Of a stretch of 64,000 bases of DNA, positions 9,174 through 19,516 are shown in pieces. Made by a program: the position numbers and the translations under genes. Below the pieces are notes generated by a model. That model saw only the letters and a program-made list of their open reading frames with translations. It had not been told where the DNA came from and made no database searches. Every line of letters starts with the position of its first letter. Positions within the stretch are counted from its first letter, which is position 1. Origin of the DNA: Nitrospirota bacterium (GTDB taxonomy: Bacteria > Nitrospirota > UBA9217); the NCBI GenBank assembly GCA_963740085.1, contig CAVUCU010000004.1, positions 512,001-576,000 on the forward strand, read 5' to 3'.

Positions 9174-10268
9174 CTACTTATGCCAGTCGACTTCGATGCC
9201 GCAGAGCAGCGGAGAACCCTTGTCAATCTTGACTTCTATGCCATTCTCCTTGTGGCAACCGGCGCAGGCGGATACCTTGCCTACGAGGTTATAGTTCTTC
9301 ATATCCATGACGTTCAGCGTGCTGTCGTCACCGTATGTTCTTGAAGACAGGAACGCGTACTTGCCGTCCGGGGAGAAGGCAAAATCATGCGGCCGCACAT
9401 CATCCGGAAGGACGAGGCGCTTGGCGATCGTGTCGGTCTTCGTATCGATTAGGATAACCTGGCTCTTATGCGTGCCCGGCTTGAGACCCGGATCAAATTC
9501 GTTCGGTGCGCTTACCCAGAGGTATTTGCCGTCCCGCTGCATTCTGATCTGATGAAGGAACGTCATCTCGGGGCTCGTAATCTGCTTGATTTCTTTTTTA
9601 GTCTTCCAATCATAGACAAAGACGATACCCTGCGGCATGTCGGAAATATAGGCTTTCTTGCCGTTCTTGGTCCACTGAATACCGCATACCGCCTTGCCAA
9701 CCGGCATCTTGTCAACGGTTTTCAGCGTTTTCGAATCCCATACGTAGACATTGCCGTCGGCCATATCCTCAAAGTATATGTTCCCATCGGGTCCTGCGAT
9801 CGCGCCGCAGAACTTCTCACCGACTTTAAAAGGGCCTTCTTTCTTCATTGTTGCCAGGTCTATCTTGTAGATGTTTCCCGCCAGGGTTCCTGCAACAAGG
9901 ACCTTCTTGCCCTTTTCGTAGACGATTGACTGGCCGTGGGTCCCACCGGATTTCTTCACTTCTTCGAAGCTCATGCCCGCGATCTTGCCTTCCATCTCGG
10001 AACCGGCCTCGGTAAGGACGATCCGGTCCTTCTCCACATCCATCGGGGGTTTCATGGTTTTCATATTGATGATCGCGATGTGACCGCCATGGCCGGCGAT
10101 ATAAGCCGTTGCATTAAAGGTCGGTATCTTGGCTGCCGGCTCTACTTTAACATCGATCACTTGAACATCTGACGCCTCAACCGCTGCCGTCTGTGACAGG
10201 CCCAGGTATATTCCAAAAACACTTACTACAATCAAGCTGATCAATAAAAATTTTTTCATGTAGTTCAT
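9174..10268 (-). CDS. Secreted YncE/YVTN-like beta-propeller with one CxxCH heme-c motif
   Basis: Signal peptide; propeller repeats (GPDGNIY, NGKKAYIS, RDGKYLWVS, SPDGKYAFLS); CAGCH near the C-terminus; RBS AAGGAG. Confidence 0.82.
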   Translation of the reverse strand: MNYMKKFLLISLIVVSVFGIYLGLSQTAAVEASDVQVIDVKVEPAAKIPTFNATAYIAGHGGHIAIINMKTMKPPMDVEKDRIVLTEAGSEMEGKIAGMSFEEVKKSGGTHGQSIVYEKGKKVLVAGTLAGNIYKIDLATMKKEGPFKVGEKFCGAIAGPDGNIYFEDMADGNVYVWDSKTLKTVDKMPVGKAVCGIQWTKNGKKAYISDMPQGIVFVYDWKTKKEIKQITSPEMTFLHQIRMQRDGKYLWVSAPNEFDPGLKPGTHKSQVILIDTKTDTIAKRLVLPDDVRPHDFAFSPDGKYAFLSSRTYGDDSTLNVMDMKNYNLVGKVSACAGCHKENGIEVKIDKGSPLLCGIEVDWHK

Positions 10269-10445
10269 CTCCTTTTTAAATAGTTCCGATTATTGAAGTG
10301 CTCACGTGAATCACAATTGTTGTTCAGCTTTAGAAAATCTTTTTCACTATCGGGTATGCACCTCCTTTAACGCTAAAATAAATTAAATAAGGAACACCGC
10401 GACCTGGTTCTGTGTCTTAACACGATATAACAGCTTAACAAAGTC

Positions 10446-10454
10446 ATTATAGCA
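10446..10454 (-). promoter_or_regulatory. Possible extended -10 promoter for the beta-propeller gene
   Basis: Minus strand TGCTATAAT; no recognisable -35 element. Confidence 0.35.
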
Positions 10455-10684
10455 TAGTATTCGTAATGTATACGTCGACAATATAAGCTTTTGATTTCGG
10501 GGTGTCAACTTGAAGTTCCAACATTACAACTTGCATTATTATAACTTTAGTCACTATAACAAGGATAATTTATTAAAAGGGCATGAAAATAGAAGGTTTA
10601 ATACCATTGTCATAGGTAGTGCATTATGAAATTCGGTGTTTGTTGAGCATTATTGATTTTGAGCAGGAAGAGAAGAGATGATAT

Positions 10685-10722
10685 AAAACAAATATCCCCC
10701 GGTTATTTTAAACACGGGGGAT
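10685..10722 (-). terminator. Terminator of rpmB
   Basis: atcccccg...cgggggat stem followed on the minus strand by atttgtttt. Confidence 0.6.
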
Positions 10723-10745
10723 GGTGACAAGCGGGGATAAAGGAA

Positions 10746-10940
10746 TCAGCTTACCTTCTGAACTTTGCCTGACCGAATGCAGCGTGTGCAGACATGCATA
10801 CGCACATGGGAACCCTTGGAACCGACTGCCCTGATCGGCTGTAAATTCGGCTTGGAAAACTTCTTTGATCTGTTGTTGGCATGGCTCACTTTATTTCCGC
10901 TGAGCTTGCCCTTTCCACAAATATCACACGTACCAGCCAC
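10746..10940 (-). CDS. rpmB: 50S ribosomal protein L28 (Zn-ribbon form)
   Basis: [35 protein letters not shown]. Confidence 0.96.
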   Translation of the reverse strand: MAGTCDICGKGKLSGNKVSHANNRSKKFSKPNLQPIRAVGSKGSHVRMHVCTRCIRSGKVQKVS

Positions 10941-11040
10941 TGTAAAGTCCTCCGTTGCATAGTTTTATTTGAAGCAGGCGTAAGATACCATAAGAATACC
11001 TTCGGCGCAAGGGAAAAATGCCGGTTGGATTACAAAACAC

Positions 11041-11069
11041 TTGACATCATTTCTCAATGGATGTACTGT
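11041..11069 (+). promoter_or_regulatory. Sigma70 promoter of the tetR-efflux operon
   Basis: TTGACA-17 nt-TACTGT. Confidence 0.7.
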
Positions 11070-11074
11070 ATGGC

Positions 11075-11096
11075 AATGTAAGTGGTTACTTACATT
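11075..11096. promoter_or_regulatory. Palindromic operator, probable TetR autoregulatory site
   Basis: AATGTAAGT-ggtt-ACTTACATT perfect 9-bp inverted repeat between the -10 element and the tetR ATG. Confidence 0.75.
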
Positions 11097-11104
11097 TTCA
11101 CGGA

Positions 11105-11698
11105 ATGAAAAAATTAGAGACAAAAGAACAGCTTTTGAGGGCAACGCTGAAGCTTATTTCAGAGAAGGGGTATCTCGGGGCAACGACGAGGGAGATTGCC
11201 CATGAAGCCGGCGTTACCGAACTGACCCTGTTCAGACATTTTGGATCAAAGGAGCGGCTGTTCGAAGAACTTCTCAAATCCTATACTTTTCTTCCCGCAT
11301 TGAAGGAACTTTTGCCGGGGTTGGAGGGTCTTTCCTGCGAACAGGCCCTCACCCAGATAGCCAGACGCTTTCTCCTGACCTTGAAAGAGCGAAAGGCCAT
11401 GATCAAGATCCTGTTCTCTGAGGTGACGACATATCCGGAAAAGATCAGGACTGTGTATAATGATTTTGTCGATGAGATGAGAGCGACGCTTTCCGGCTAT
11501 TTTGAAGTCCTTCAGGACCGTGGAATCCTGAAAAAGACGATTTCCCCCGAGATAGCTGCCCGGGTGTTCTTATGGGTATTGTTCGCCTATTTCAGGTCAG
11601 AGGAGATCATGAGGGGCGGTTCCGGCATGACGAAACAAAAATTGGAAAAGAACGTCGGCGAAATTGTGAAGATCTTTATGCATGGCACAGCTCTGTAA
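11105..11698 (+). CDS. TetR/AcrR family transcriptional regulator
   Basis: KGYLGATTREIAHEAGVTELTLFRHFGSKERLF helix-turn-helix. Confidence 0.94.
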   Translation: MKKLETKEQLLRATLKLISEKGYLGATTREIAHEAGVTELTLFRHFGSKERLFEELLKSYTFLPALKELLPGLEGLSCEQALTQIARRFLLTLKERKAMIKILFSEVTTYPEKIRTVYNDFVDEMRATLSGYFEVLQDRGILKKTISPEIAARVFLWVLFAYFRSEEIMRGGSGMTKQKLEKNVGEIVKIFMHGTAL

Positions 11699-11710
11699 CC
11701 ACTACGACTG

Positions 11711-13114
11711 ATGGGAGAAGCAACCGTGAAGACTAAACAGGTATTTTTTTGTCTCGTACTGACAGCGTTTATGCTGTCGTTGTTTACGCAGATGGGGTTT
11801 TCAGCGACGGAAGCCGTGTCATCAGGGCAAACCGGGACTGTTGCCGGACAATCCGGTGATAAGGAGCGTTCTACGGGAGGGCCGATTGCCAAAGACGAAA
11901 TACTGACCTTGAGCCGGTGTATTGATATCGCGCTCAAACAAAATCAGAACATCGCGGCTTCCGTGAGTACGGTTGAAGTCAACCGCAGCAGGGTTGGTGA
12001 AGCACGTTCCAATTATTACCCGCAACTGAGCGCACAGGCGGCCTATAACAGGATCAGTCCGATGACGGGGTCGCTGGCGGCGACCGGCCTTGTCAGTGGC
12101 TCACAGTCGTACGAGCAGTATTCGAGCAGTGTTATGCTTAATCAGAATATTCTGGATTTCGGCAAGACGTCGTCGCAGGTAAATATCTCAAAGTTTAATC
12201 TCGAGTCCTCCCGTTCAGATCTGAGCACAACGCAAGATTCGATCATTCTGAGCGTAAAGCAGGCATATTACGGAGTCTTGCAGACCAAACGGAACTGGGA
12301 CGTGGCTGCCGACGTCATAAAACAATTTCAACTGCACCTCGATCAGGCAAAGGGGTTTTACGAGGTCGGCACGAAGGCGAAAATAGATCTCATCAAGGCG
12401 GAAGTAGATCTGAGCAATGCAAAACTCAGCCTCATCAATGCGGAGAACGCCTTCAAAATCGCACGAGTTACGCTGAACAATGTGATAGGAGTCCCCGATG
12501 CGCCTGAGTATGCAATTGAAGACAACCTCTTATTCCAAAAATATACGATAACCGTGGAAGAGGCGACACAAAGGGCCTTTGAGAACAGGCCTGATCTGAA
12601 GTCGGCCATCGCGAAGAGGCAGGCCGCGGAAGAAGGCATCGGTTTGGCACGTACCGGTTATTATCCTTATGTATCAGGGAATGCAAGTTACAGTTGGGCG
12701 TCTGAAAAGATATCGTCACCGTTCGATCACGGCTGGAGCGCGGGTGTGGTCCTGACCGTGCCCCTGTTCAGCGGTTTTCTCACGAGTCATCAGGTGGCAG
12801 AATCAAAGTCAAATCTCTACATCCTGAAGGCAAACGAAGAATCATTGCGTCAGCAGATACTGCTCGATGTGCGCCAGGCATATCTGAACCTGCAGGCCGC
12901 TGAGGCCAGCATTGCGACCGCCGAACTGGCAACGTCGCAGGCAAAGGAGAACCTGGACCTCGCAAACGGCAGATACTCAGCCGGAGTGGGAAGCCCCATC
13001 GAGGTATCCGATGCGTTCGCCACCTATGTCACTGCCCAGGCGAACTATACCAGTGCCTTGTCTAATTACAAGATCGCCCAGGCCAGCATAGAAAAGGCTA
13101 TGGGAGCTCGGTAA
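11711..13114 (+). CDS. TolC-family outer membrane efflux protein
   Basis: LTLSRCIDIAL, YYPQLSA, VKQAYYGVL, ENRPDL, RYSAGVG; two OEP-like repeats. Confidence 0.92.
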   Translation: MGEATVKTKQVFFCLVLTAFMLSLFTQMGFSATEAVSSGQTGTVAGQSGDKERSTGGPIAKDEILTLSRCIDIALKQNQNIAASVSTVEVNRSRVGEARSNYYPQLSAQAAYNRISPMTGSLAATGLVSGSQSYEQYSSSVMLNQNILDFGKTSSQVNISKFNLESSRSDLSTTQDSIILSVKQAYYGVLQTKRNWDVAADVIKQFQLHLDQAKGFYEVGTKAKIDLIKAEVDLSNAKLSLINAENAFKIARVTLNNVIGVPDAPEYAIEDNLLFQKYTITVEEATQRAFENRPDLKSAIAKRQAAEEGIGLARTGYYPYVSGNASYSWASEKISSPFDHGWSAGVVLTVPLFSGFLTSHQVAESKSNLYILKANEESLRQQILLDVRQAYLNLQAAEASIATAELATSQAKENLDLANGRYSAGVGSPIEVSDAFATYVTAQANYTSALSNYKIAQASIEKAMGAR

Positions 13115-13224
13115 GGGAAAACCTTGTACAAGGAAAGGCCGGAGAGCCACCTTGTCCGCGCCGGGTTACCTGGCGGCTCTTCAAAATGTATTCTGTAAAT
13201 CAATAAAGAAAGGCAGCGAAAGAT

Positions 13225-14433
13225 ATGAGGTTTAAACTCGTGCATGCGTGCCCGAAACTGATCGTTGTGTTCACGCTGTTTCTCATCGCCGGTGCTTGTT
13301 CCGGCAATGGCAAGACAAAACAAGCCGCGCAGCGGGTCGTACCGGTAAAAACAGGCGATGTGATGCAGCAGAACATCCCGGTGCAGATCAATGCCATCGG
13401 CAATGTTGAGGCCTATAATGCCGTATCGATCAAGCCCCTCGTCGGCGGCGAAGTGGAAGGTGTGTATTTCCAGGAAGGGCAGGAAGTTAAGAAAGGCGAT
13501 CTGTTGTTCAAGATAGACGCACGCCCTTATGCAGCGGCGCTCAGACAGGCGGAAGCCGCGCTTGCACGGGACCAGGCGCAGGCAAAGAACGCGGAAGAGC
13601 AGGCCAAGCGGTACGCACTCCTGGTCGAGAAGGAATATGTATCCAAGGACCAGTATGACCAGCTTCGTGCCAACGCGGACGCTCTTGCAGCTACTATCGA
13701 TGCGGACAGGGCCAATGTTGACAGCAGCAGGCTTCAGCTTGGATACTGCACGATCACATCCCCCATCAACGGACGGGCCGGCAGCGTGCTGGTAAATAAC
13801 GGCAATGTCATCAAGGCAAACGATATTGCGATGACCACCATCAACCAAATCGTGCCGATTTATGTCACGTTCAGCGTACCTGAACAGAACCTGTCGGACA
13901 TAAAGAAATATACTGCCATGAAGGAGCTCAAGGTTGAGGCAATCATCCCGGGGGACGAGAAGCGCCCGGCTCATGGGGAACTGACGTTTATCGACAATGC
14001 GGTGGACAAGACCACGGGCACTATCCTGCTTAAAGGAACCTTTGAAAACAAGGACAGGAGGCTCTGGCCGGGACAGTTCGTCAATGTGGTCCTGACGCTT
14101 ACGACCCAGCGGAACGCTGTTGTCATGCCTGCCGCTGCCCTGCAGGCAGGACAGCAGGGGCAGTATGTTTTTGTTGTAAAACCGGACCTTACGGCTGAGT
14201 CCCGGCCGGTTACGGTCGCATGGTCGTACGGCGACCTTGCCGTTGTCGTTCACGGCGTGACACCGGGAGAAAAGGTAGTGACCGACGGACAGCTCAATTT
14301 AGTCTCCGGAGCACATGTGGAATTGAAAGACGAGCAACGTCAAAATGCCCCGGTGAAAAGCGGGCAGACAGGCAGCGCTCCGGTAACAACCGGCGGGACA
14401 ACTACAAAGCAAAATTCAGGAAAGGATAGATAA
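13225..14433 (+). CDS. RND periplasmic adaptor (MdtA-like) lipoprotein
   Basis: Lipobox AGAC; FQEGQEVKKGDLLFKID, ITSPINGRAG, IDNAVDKTTGT, LWPGQFV. Confidence 0.92.
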   Translation: MRFKLVHACPKLIVVFTLFLIAGACSGNGKTKQAAQRVVPVKTGDVMQQNIPVQINAIGNVEAYNAVSIKPLVGGEVEGVYFQEGQEVKKGDLLFKIDARPYAAALRQAEAALARDQAQAKNAEEQAKRYALLVEKEYVSKDQYDQLRANADALAATIDADRANVDSSRLQLGYCTITSPINGRAGSVLVNNGNVIKANDIAMTTINQIVPIYVTFSVPEQNLSDIKKYTAMKELKVEAIIPGDEKRPAHGELTFIDNAVDKTTGTILLKGTFENKDRRLWPGQFVNVVLTLTTQRNAVVMPAAALQAGQQGQYVFVVKPDLTAESRPVTVAWSYGDLAVVVHGVTPGEKVVTDGQLNLVSGAHVELKDEQRQNAPVKSGQTGSAPVTTGGTTTKQNSGKDR

Positions 14434-14510
14434 GCAACAGGCGTGCGATCGTTGTTGATACGCGAGGATCGTTGGCCCCGTTCACTTCTTGATATGCCGA
14501 GGAATATCCG

Positions 14511-17500
14511 ATGAACATCGCAGAACCCTTTATACGAAGACCGGTCATGACGACCCTGGTCATGAGCGCGATCCTTCTTTTCGGCATCATGGCATACCGT
14601 TTGCTGCCCGTGAGCGATCTGCCGAATGTGGATTTCCCGAACATCGTCGTGCGCGCCGCGCTGCCCGGCGCCAGTCCGGAGACGATGGCCTCTGCCGTGG
14701 CAACGCCGCTCGAACGCCAGTTTTCCACCATCGCCGGCCTCGACAATATGACGTCGGTGAGCGCGCTCGGATCCACCCAGATCAACCTTCAATTCAACCT
14801 CGGCAGGGACATCGATGCCGCGGCTCAGGACGTACAGGCCATGATCGCCAAGGCCGCGCGCCTGCTCCCGCCGGACATGCCGACGCCCCCGACCTATCAG
14901 AAGGTCAATCCCGCGGACCAGCCCATCATCTATGTCGCACTCAGTTCTCCCACACTCCCGCTTTCAGACGTAGATGAATACGCCGAGACCACGATGGCCC
15001 AACGCATTTCCATGATAAGCGGCGTGGCCCAGGTGCAGGTATATGGCTCACAGAAGTATGCGGTCCGCGCCCAACTCGATCCTCGTGCCCTTGCCTCACG
15101 CGGAATAGGCATCGACGAAGTCGCGAACGCGATTGCGAACGGAAACGTGAACCTGCCGACCGGGACCCTGCAAGGGGAAACGAAGTCGTTCACCATACAA
15201 ACGGGCGGTCAGCTCATGGATGCAGCGTCGTACCGCCCCCTCATCGTGGCATACCGCAACGGCAATCCCGTCCGGCTCCAGGAACTTGGCAAGGTCATCG
15301 ACAGCGTGGAAAACGACAAGGTCGCGAGCTGGTTCAATACGTCAAAGGCAAAGACCAGGGCCGTCATTCTTGCCATTCAGCGTCAGCCGGGCACCAACAC
15401 GGTCGAGGTCGTGGATTCCATTAAGAAGCTTTTACCGACATTTCGCGCGGTAATGCCGGCATCGGTCAATCTGGATATTCTCTTCGACCGCTCCAAGTCC
15501 ATACGTGAATCAGTCGGAGATGTCAAGTTGACCCTGATGCTTGCGATCATACTTGTCGTACTCGTCATTTTCCTTTTTTTACGCAATGTTTCGGCCACGA
15601 TCATCCCGAGCCTGGCGCTCCCCATGTCGATCATCGGCACGTTCACGGCAATGTATGTGCTCGGCTACAGCGTTGACAACCTTTCGCTCATGGCGATGAT
15701 CCTTGCCGTGGGATTCGTGGTTGACGACGCAATCGTGATGCTCGAGAATATTGTCCGGCACATGGAACACGGGGAACCCGTGCTTCAGGCCTCGCTCAAC
15801 GGGTCGAAAGAGATCGGCTTTACGATCCTGTCCATGACTTTTTCGCTGGTCGCGGTGTTCATCCCCGTGCTCTTCATGGGAGGTATCCTGGGACGCCTGC
15901 TCCATGAATTCGCGGTCGTGATCACCGTGGCTATTCTTGTTTCGGGCGTGGTGTCCCTCACACTGACCCCCATGCTCTGCAGCCGGTTTCTTCGGCCTCC
16001 CGGCGCCGAGCGGCACGGCCGGTTTTACATGGTCCTGGAGAAATTTTTCAATGTCCTGAGGAGCGGTTATGAGAGGAGTCTGACGTGGGTGCTTAAACAC
16101 CGCTTTGTCACGCTGATGATCTCCATTCTGCTTATTCCCGTGACGTTTGCGCTCTTTTATTTCATCCCGAAAGGCTTTCTCCCGACCGAGGACACGGGCC
16201 AGGTCTTTGCGATCACCGAGGCACAGCAGGGGATATCCTTTGCCGACATGAGACAGCATCAGCAGGAACTGGCGGATATCATCGCGCAGGACGAGAACGT
16301 AGAGGCATTCATGTCAAGCATCGGCGCGGGAGGACCGAACGCGGCTGCCAACTCGGGCCGGATCTTCATGAGGTTGAAGCCCCGTTCGGAGCGTAAACTG
16401 AGCGCTGACGAGATAATCCAGGAATTGCGCAGAAAAACCGCGGGCGTGATCGGCATCAGGATGTTCATGCAGAACCTGCCGCCCATCCGCATCGGCGGCG
16501 TGCTTACGAAGAGCCAATACCAGTATACGCTCCAGGGCCCGGACACGGACGAGCTGTATACAGCGGCCCCGGCCCTCGAAGCCAAACTTCGGACGTTGCC
16601 GCAGCTTCAGGACGTTACCTCCGACCTGCTTATAAAAAACCCTCAGGTAAACCTCGAGATAGACCGCGACAAGGCAGCGGCGCTCGGCGTCACGGCGCAG
16701 CAGATCGAAAGCGCGCTCAGCGCTGCGTATAGCTCGCAGCAGATATCAACCATCCTGGCGCCGACCAACCAGTATCAGGTCATCCTGGAGTTGGAACCAC
16801 GGTATCAGGCGGAGCCCTCTTCGTTGACCATGCTGTACATTCGCTCTTCATCCGGCAAATTAGTACCGCTCAATGTCGTTACCAAACGGACCGTGGGCAC
16901 GGGCCCGCTTCTCATCAATCATCTCGGACAGCTCCCCGCAGTCACTCTTTCCTTTAACCTGAAGCCAGGGGTTTCCCTCAGTGAAGCCGTCGGGGACGTG
17001 GGGAGAGTCGCCAGACAGACGCTGCCTGCGTCAATCACGACCAGTTTCCAGGGGAGCGCCCAGGCGTTTCAGTCGTCAACGCAGGGCCTTTTCCTTCTGC
17101 TGATCCTGGCCATACTGGTCATCTACATCGTCCTCGGCGTGCTGTACGAGAGCTTCGTCCATCCGCTCACGATCCTTTCCGGTCTTCCCGCGGCGGGTGT
17201 CGGGGCATTGCTGACCCTCCTGCTGTTCGGCAAGGAGCTTAATATTTACGGCTATGTGGGCATTATCATGCTTATCGGGATCGTGAAAAAGAACGCCATC
17301 ATGATGATCGACTTCGCCCTTGAAGCGGAACGCAAGGAAGGGAAAAACCCCGAGGAAGCTATCCTCGAAGGCGCCCTTGTCCGGTTCCGTCCGATCATGA
17401 TGACCTCGATGGCGGCCCTCATGGGCACGCTCCCTATTGCGCTGGGCGTGGGCGCCGGCGCCGAGGCGCGACAGCCCCTTGGGCTGGCCGTGGTCGGCGG

Positions 17501-17612
17501 CCTGCTCTTTTCGCAGCTGCTGACCCTGTATATAACGCCCGTCATCTATACGTATCTTGACACGTTCCAGCACAGGTTCGGGAAGCTCGCGATTTTTCGG
17601 ACACGAGGTTAA
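14511..17612 (+). CDS. RND efflux permease (MdtB/MdtC-like)
   Basis: FIRRPVMTTL, LPGASPETMASAVATPLERQF, GFVVDDAIVMLENI, GIVKKNAIMMIDFA, RFRPIMMT. Confidence 0.95.
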   Translation: MNIAEPFIRRPVMTTLVMSAILLFGIMAYRLLPVSDLPNVDFPNIVVRAALPGASPETMASAVATPLERQFSTIAGLDNMTSVSALGSTQINLQFNLGRDIDAAAQDVQAMIAKAARLLPPDMPTPPTYQKVNPADQPIIYVALSSPTLPLSDVDEYAETTMAQRISMISGVAQVQVYGSQKYAVRAQLDPRALASRGIGIDEVANAIANGNVNLPTGTLQGETKSFTIQTGGQLMDAASYRPLIVAYRNGNPVRLQELGKVIDSVENDKVASWFNTSKAKTRAVILAIQRQPGTNTVEVVDSIKKLLPTFRAVMPASVNLDILFDRSKSIRESVGDVKLTLMLAIILVVLVIFLFLRNVSATIIPSLALPMSIIGTFTAMYVLGYSVDNLSLMAMILAVGFVVDDAIVMLENIVRHMEHGEPVLQASLNGSKEIGFTILSMTFSLVAVFIPVLFMGGILGRLLHEFAVVITVAILVSGVVSLTLTPMLCSRFLRPPGAERHGRFYMVLEKFFNVLRSGYERSLTWVLKHRFVTLMISILLIPVTFALFYFIPKGFLPTEDTGQVFAITEAQQGISFADMRQHQQELADIIAQDENVEAFMSSIGAGGPNAAANSGRIFMRLKPRSERKLSADEIIQELRRKTAGVIGIRMFMQNLPPIRIGGVLTKSQYQYTLQGPDTDELYTAAPALEAKLRTLPQLQDVTSDLLIKNPQVNLEIDRDKAAALGVTAQQIESALSAAYSSQQISTILAPTNQYQVILELEPRYQAEPSSLTMLYIRSSSGKLVPLNVVTKRTVGTGPLLINHLGQLPAVTLSFNLKPGVSLSEAVGDVGRVARQTLPASITTSFQGSAQAFQSSTQGLFLLLILAILVIYIVLGVLYESFVHPLTILSGLPAAGVGALLTLLLFGKELNIYGYVGIIMLIGIVKKNAIMMIDFALEAERKEGKNPEEAILEGALVRFRPIMMTSMAALMGTLPIALGVGAGAEARQPLGLAVVGGLLFSQLLTLYITPVIYTYLDTFQHRFGKLAIFRTRG

Positions 17613-17685
17613 CGGAGAAAATGCGACGCTCCCGCGGCAGTAAAGCGGGAATGAACAATACAACGAAAGAGGAATAGGACCTCAA

Positions 17686-18822
17686 ATGAAAAAAAAGGTA
17701 AAGATCACGTTACATCGCATAACGGTCGCCATGAGCCTTTTGGTCTTTCTATTCGGCTGCAAGGGCGATACACCCTCATACCGGACCGACCCTGTCACGC
17801 TCGGCGATATCCAGCAGTCGGTGACGGCGACCGGGACCGTGAATGCGGTGACGACGGTGCTGGTCGGCACCCAGGTATCAGGTACGATAAAACAACTTTT
17901 TGTCGATTTCAATTCTCGTGTGAAAAAAGGACAACTCATCGCGCAGATCGACCCCGAGATGTTCGAGGCGCAGGCGGCGCAGGCGCGGGCGAATGTGGCA
18001 AAGGCCGACTCGGCGTTCCAGGACGCGGAGCGAACGCTCAGGAGAAACCGGGAACTCTTTGGCAGGAACCTGATTCCCCGCAGCGACCTCGACACGGCAG
18101 AGACGAATTTCGAAAGTAACAAGGCGACCCTGCAGCAGGTGAAAGCAGCTCTCACCGTGGCGGAGACGAACGTTCGATACACGCGCATCCTGTCGCCCGT
18201 GGACGGTGTAGTGATATCGAGGGCAGTGGATGTTGGTCAGACCGTTGCCGCGAGTTTTCAGACGCCCACCTTGTTCACGATTGCACAGGACCTGACAAAA
18301 ATGCAGATCGACACGAACATCGCGGAGTCGGACATCGGGGTAATAAAAGTCGGGCAGGACGTGGAGTTTACGGTAGACGCCTATCCCGACACGACGTTCA
18401 AGGGGAAGGTATGGCAGATCAGGCAGGCACCCATCATCGTGCAGAACGTGGTCACTTACGACGTTGTGATCCAGGTGAACAATCGCGATCTCAAGCTCAT
18501 GCCTGGAATGACCGCCAATGTTTCGGTCATAATCATGACGAGACATGACGTGCTCAGGATCACCAATGCGGCTTTGCGGTTCCGCTTCTCCGAAAAGCCG
18601 GCAGGCGCAGGGGCGGGTGCCGGCTCACCCGAAAAGAAGGGACCTTCGGTCTGGGCCCTCGAGAATGGAAAGCCGAAGCGCATCAACATAACTCCGGGCA
18701 TCAGCGACGGTACCTATACCGAGGTTGCGTCCGGAGATCTGAAAGAGGGTCAGAATATCATTGTTGAAGCCCTGAAGAAGGGCAGCAAACCGCAGGGACC
18801 TTCAGGGCCGAGGATGTTCTAA
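17686..18822 (+). CDS. macA: MacA-like periplasmic adaptor
   Basis: VTATGTV, VGTQVSGTI, VDFNSRVKKGQ, GQTVAASFQTPTLF, LMPGMTANV. Confidence 0.88.
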   Translation: MKKKVKITLHRITVAMSLLVFLFGCKGDTPSYRTDPVTLGDIQQSVTATGTVNAVTTVLVGTQVSGTIKQLFVDFNSRVKKGQLIAQIDPEMFEAQAAQARANVAKADSAFQDAERTLRRNRELFGRNLIPRSDLDTAETNFESNKATLQQVKAALTVAETNVRYTRILSPVDGVVISRAVDVGQTVAASFQTPTLFTIAQDLTKMQIDTNIAESDIGVIKVGQDVEFTVDAYPDTTFKGKVWQIRQAPIIVQNVVTYDVVIQVNNRDLKLMPGMTANVSVIIMTRHDVLRITNAALRFRFSEKPAGAGAGAGSPEKKGPSVWALENGKPKRINITPGISDGTYTEVASGDLKEGQNIIVEALKKGSKPQGPSGPRMF

Positions 18823-18823
18823 G

Positions 18824-19516
18824 ATGGCGCTTATCGAAGCAAGGAAGATCACCAAAGTATATAGTCTCGGCGACGTTGAAGTGCGGGCCCTTGACGGAAT
18901 TTCGACGACCATCGAAAAAGGCGAGTTCGTGGCGATCATGGGCCAGTCCGGTTCGGGCAAATCGACCTTTATGAATGTTCTTGGCTGCCTCGATACGCCC
19001 ACGAACGGACACTATCTCCTGGATGGCGTCGATACAGGCGGTTTGTCGCGCGACGCACTTGCCGAGATCAGGAATAAAAAGCTCGGGTTCGTATTCCAGG
19101 GATTCAATCTCTTGTCCCGAACTTCGGCGGAAGAAAATGTTGAACTGCCGCTTCTGTACGACGGGTCCCCTGCAAAGGAACGGAGGGAACGGGCCCGGTC
19201 CGCACTTAAAAGTGTGGGGCTCGAAGGCAGGGAGGGGCATCACCCGAACCAGCTCTCCGGAGGCCAGCAGCAGCGCGTTGCGATCGCCCGCGCGCTGGTG
19301 AACGATGCGCCGATCATCCTTGCCGACGAACCCACAGGAAATCTCGACACCAAGACCAGCATTGAGATCATGGAGCTCTTTGTGAAATTGAACCGGGAGT
19401 CACACATAACGGTCATCCTGGTGACCCATGAACCCGATATCGCGACATTCAGCAAACGGATCGTGCGGTTTTCAGATGGCCATATTGTGAGTGATGAAGC
19501 GGTGATAAAATCGTGA
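18824..19516 (+). CDS. MacB-type ABC ATP-binding subunit
   Basis: [46 protein letters not shown]. Confidence 0.94.
   Translation: MALIEARKITKVYSLGDVEVRALDGISTTIEKGEFVAIMGQSGSGKSTFMNVLGCLDTPTNGHYLLDGVDTGGLSRDALAEIRNKKLGFVFQGFNLLSRTSAEENVELPLLYDGSPAKERRERARSALKSVGLEGREGHHPNQLSGGQQQRVAIARALVNDAPIILADEPTGNLDTKTSIEIMELFVKLNRESHITVILVTHEPDIATFSKRIVRFSDGHIVSDEAVIKS

Noticed and set aside
9174-10268. Calling the propeller NirS, NirF or NosZ
   Set aside because: The heme motif is C-terminal, there is no CuA domain or Tat signal, and no nir or nos genes are nearby.
13066-14253. 395-aa antisense ORF opposite the RND adaptor (similar cases at 5063-5896, 8089-8994 and 26998-28050)
   Set aside because: They largely overlap well-supported genes and have no recognisable domains.
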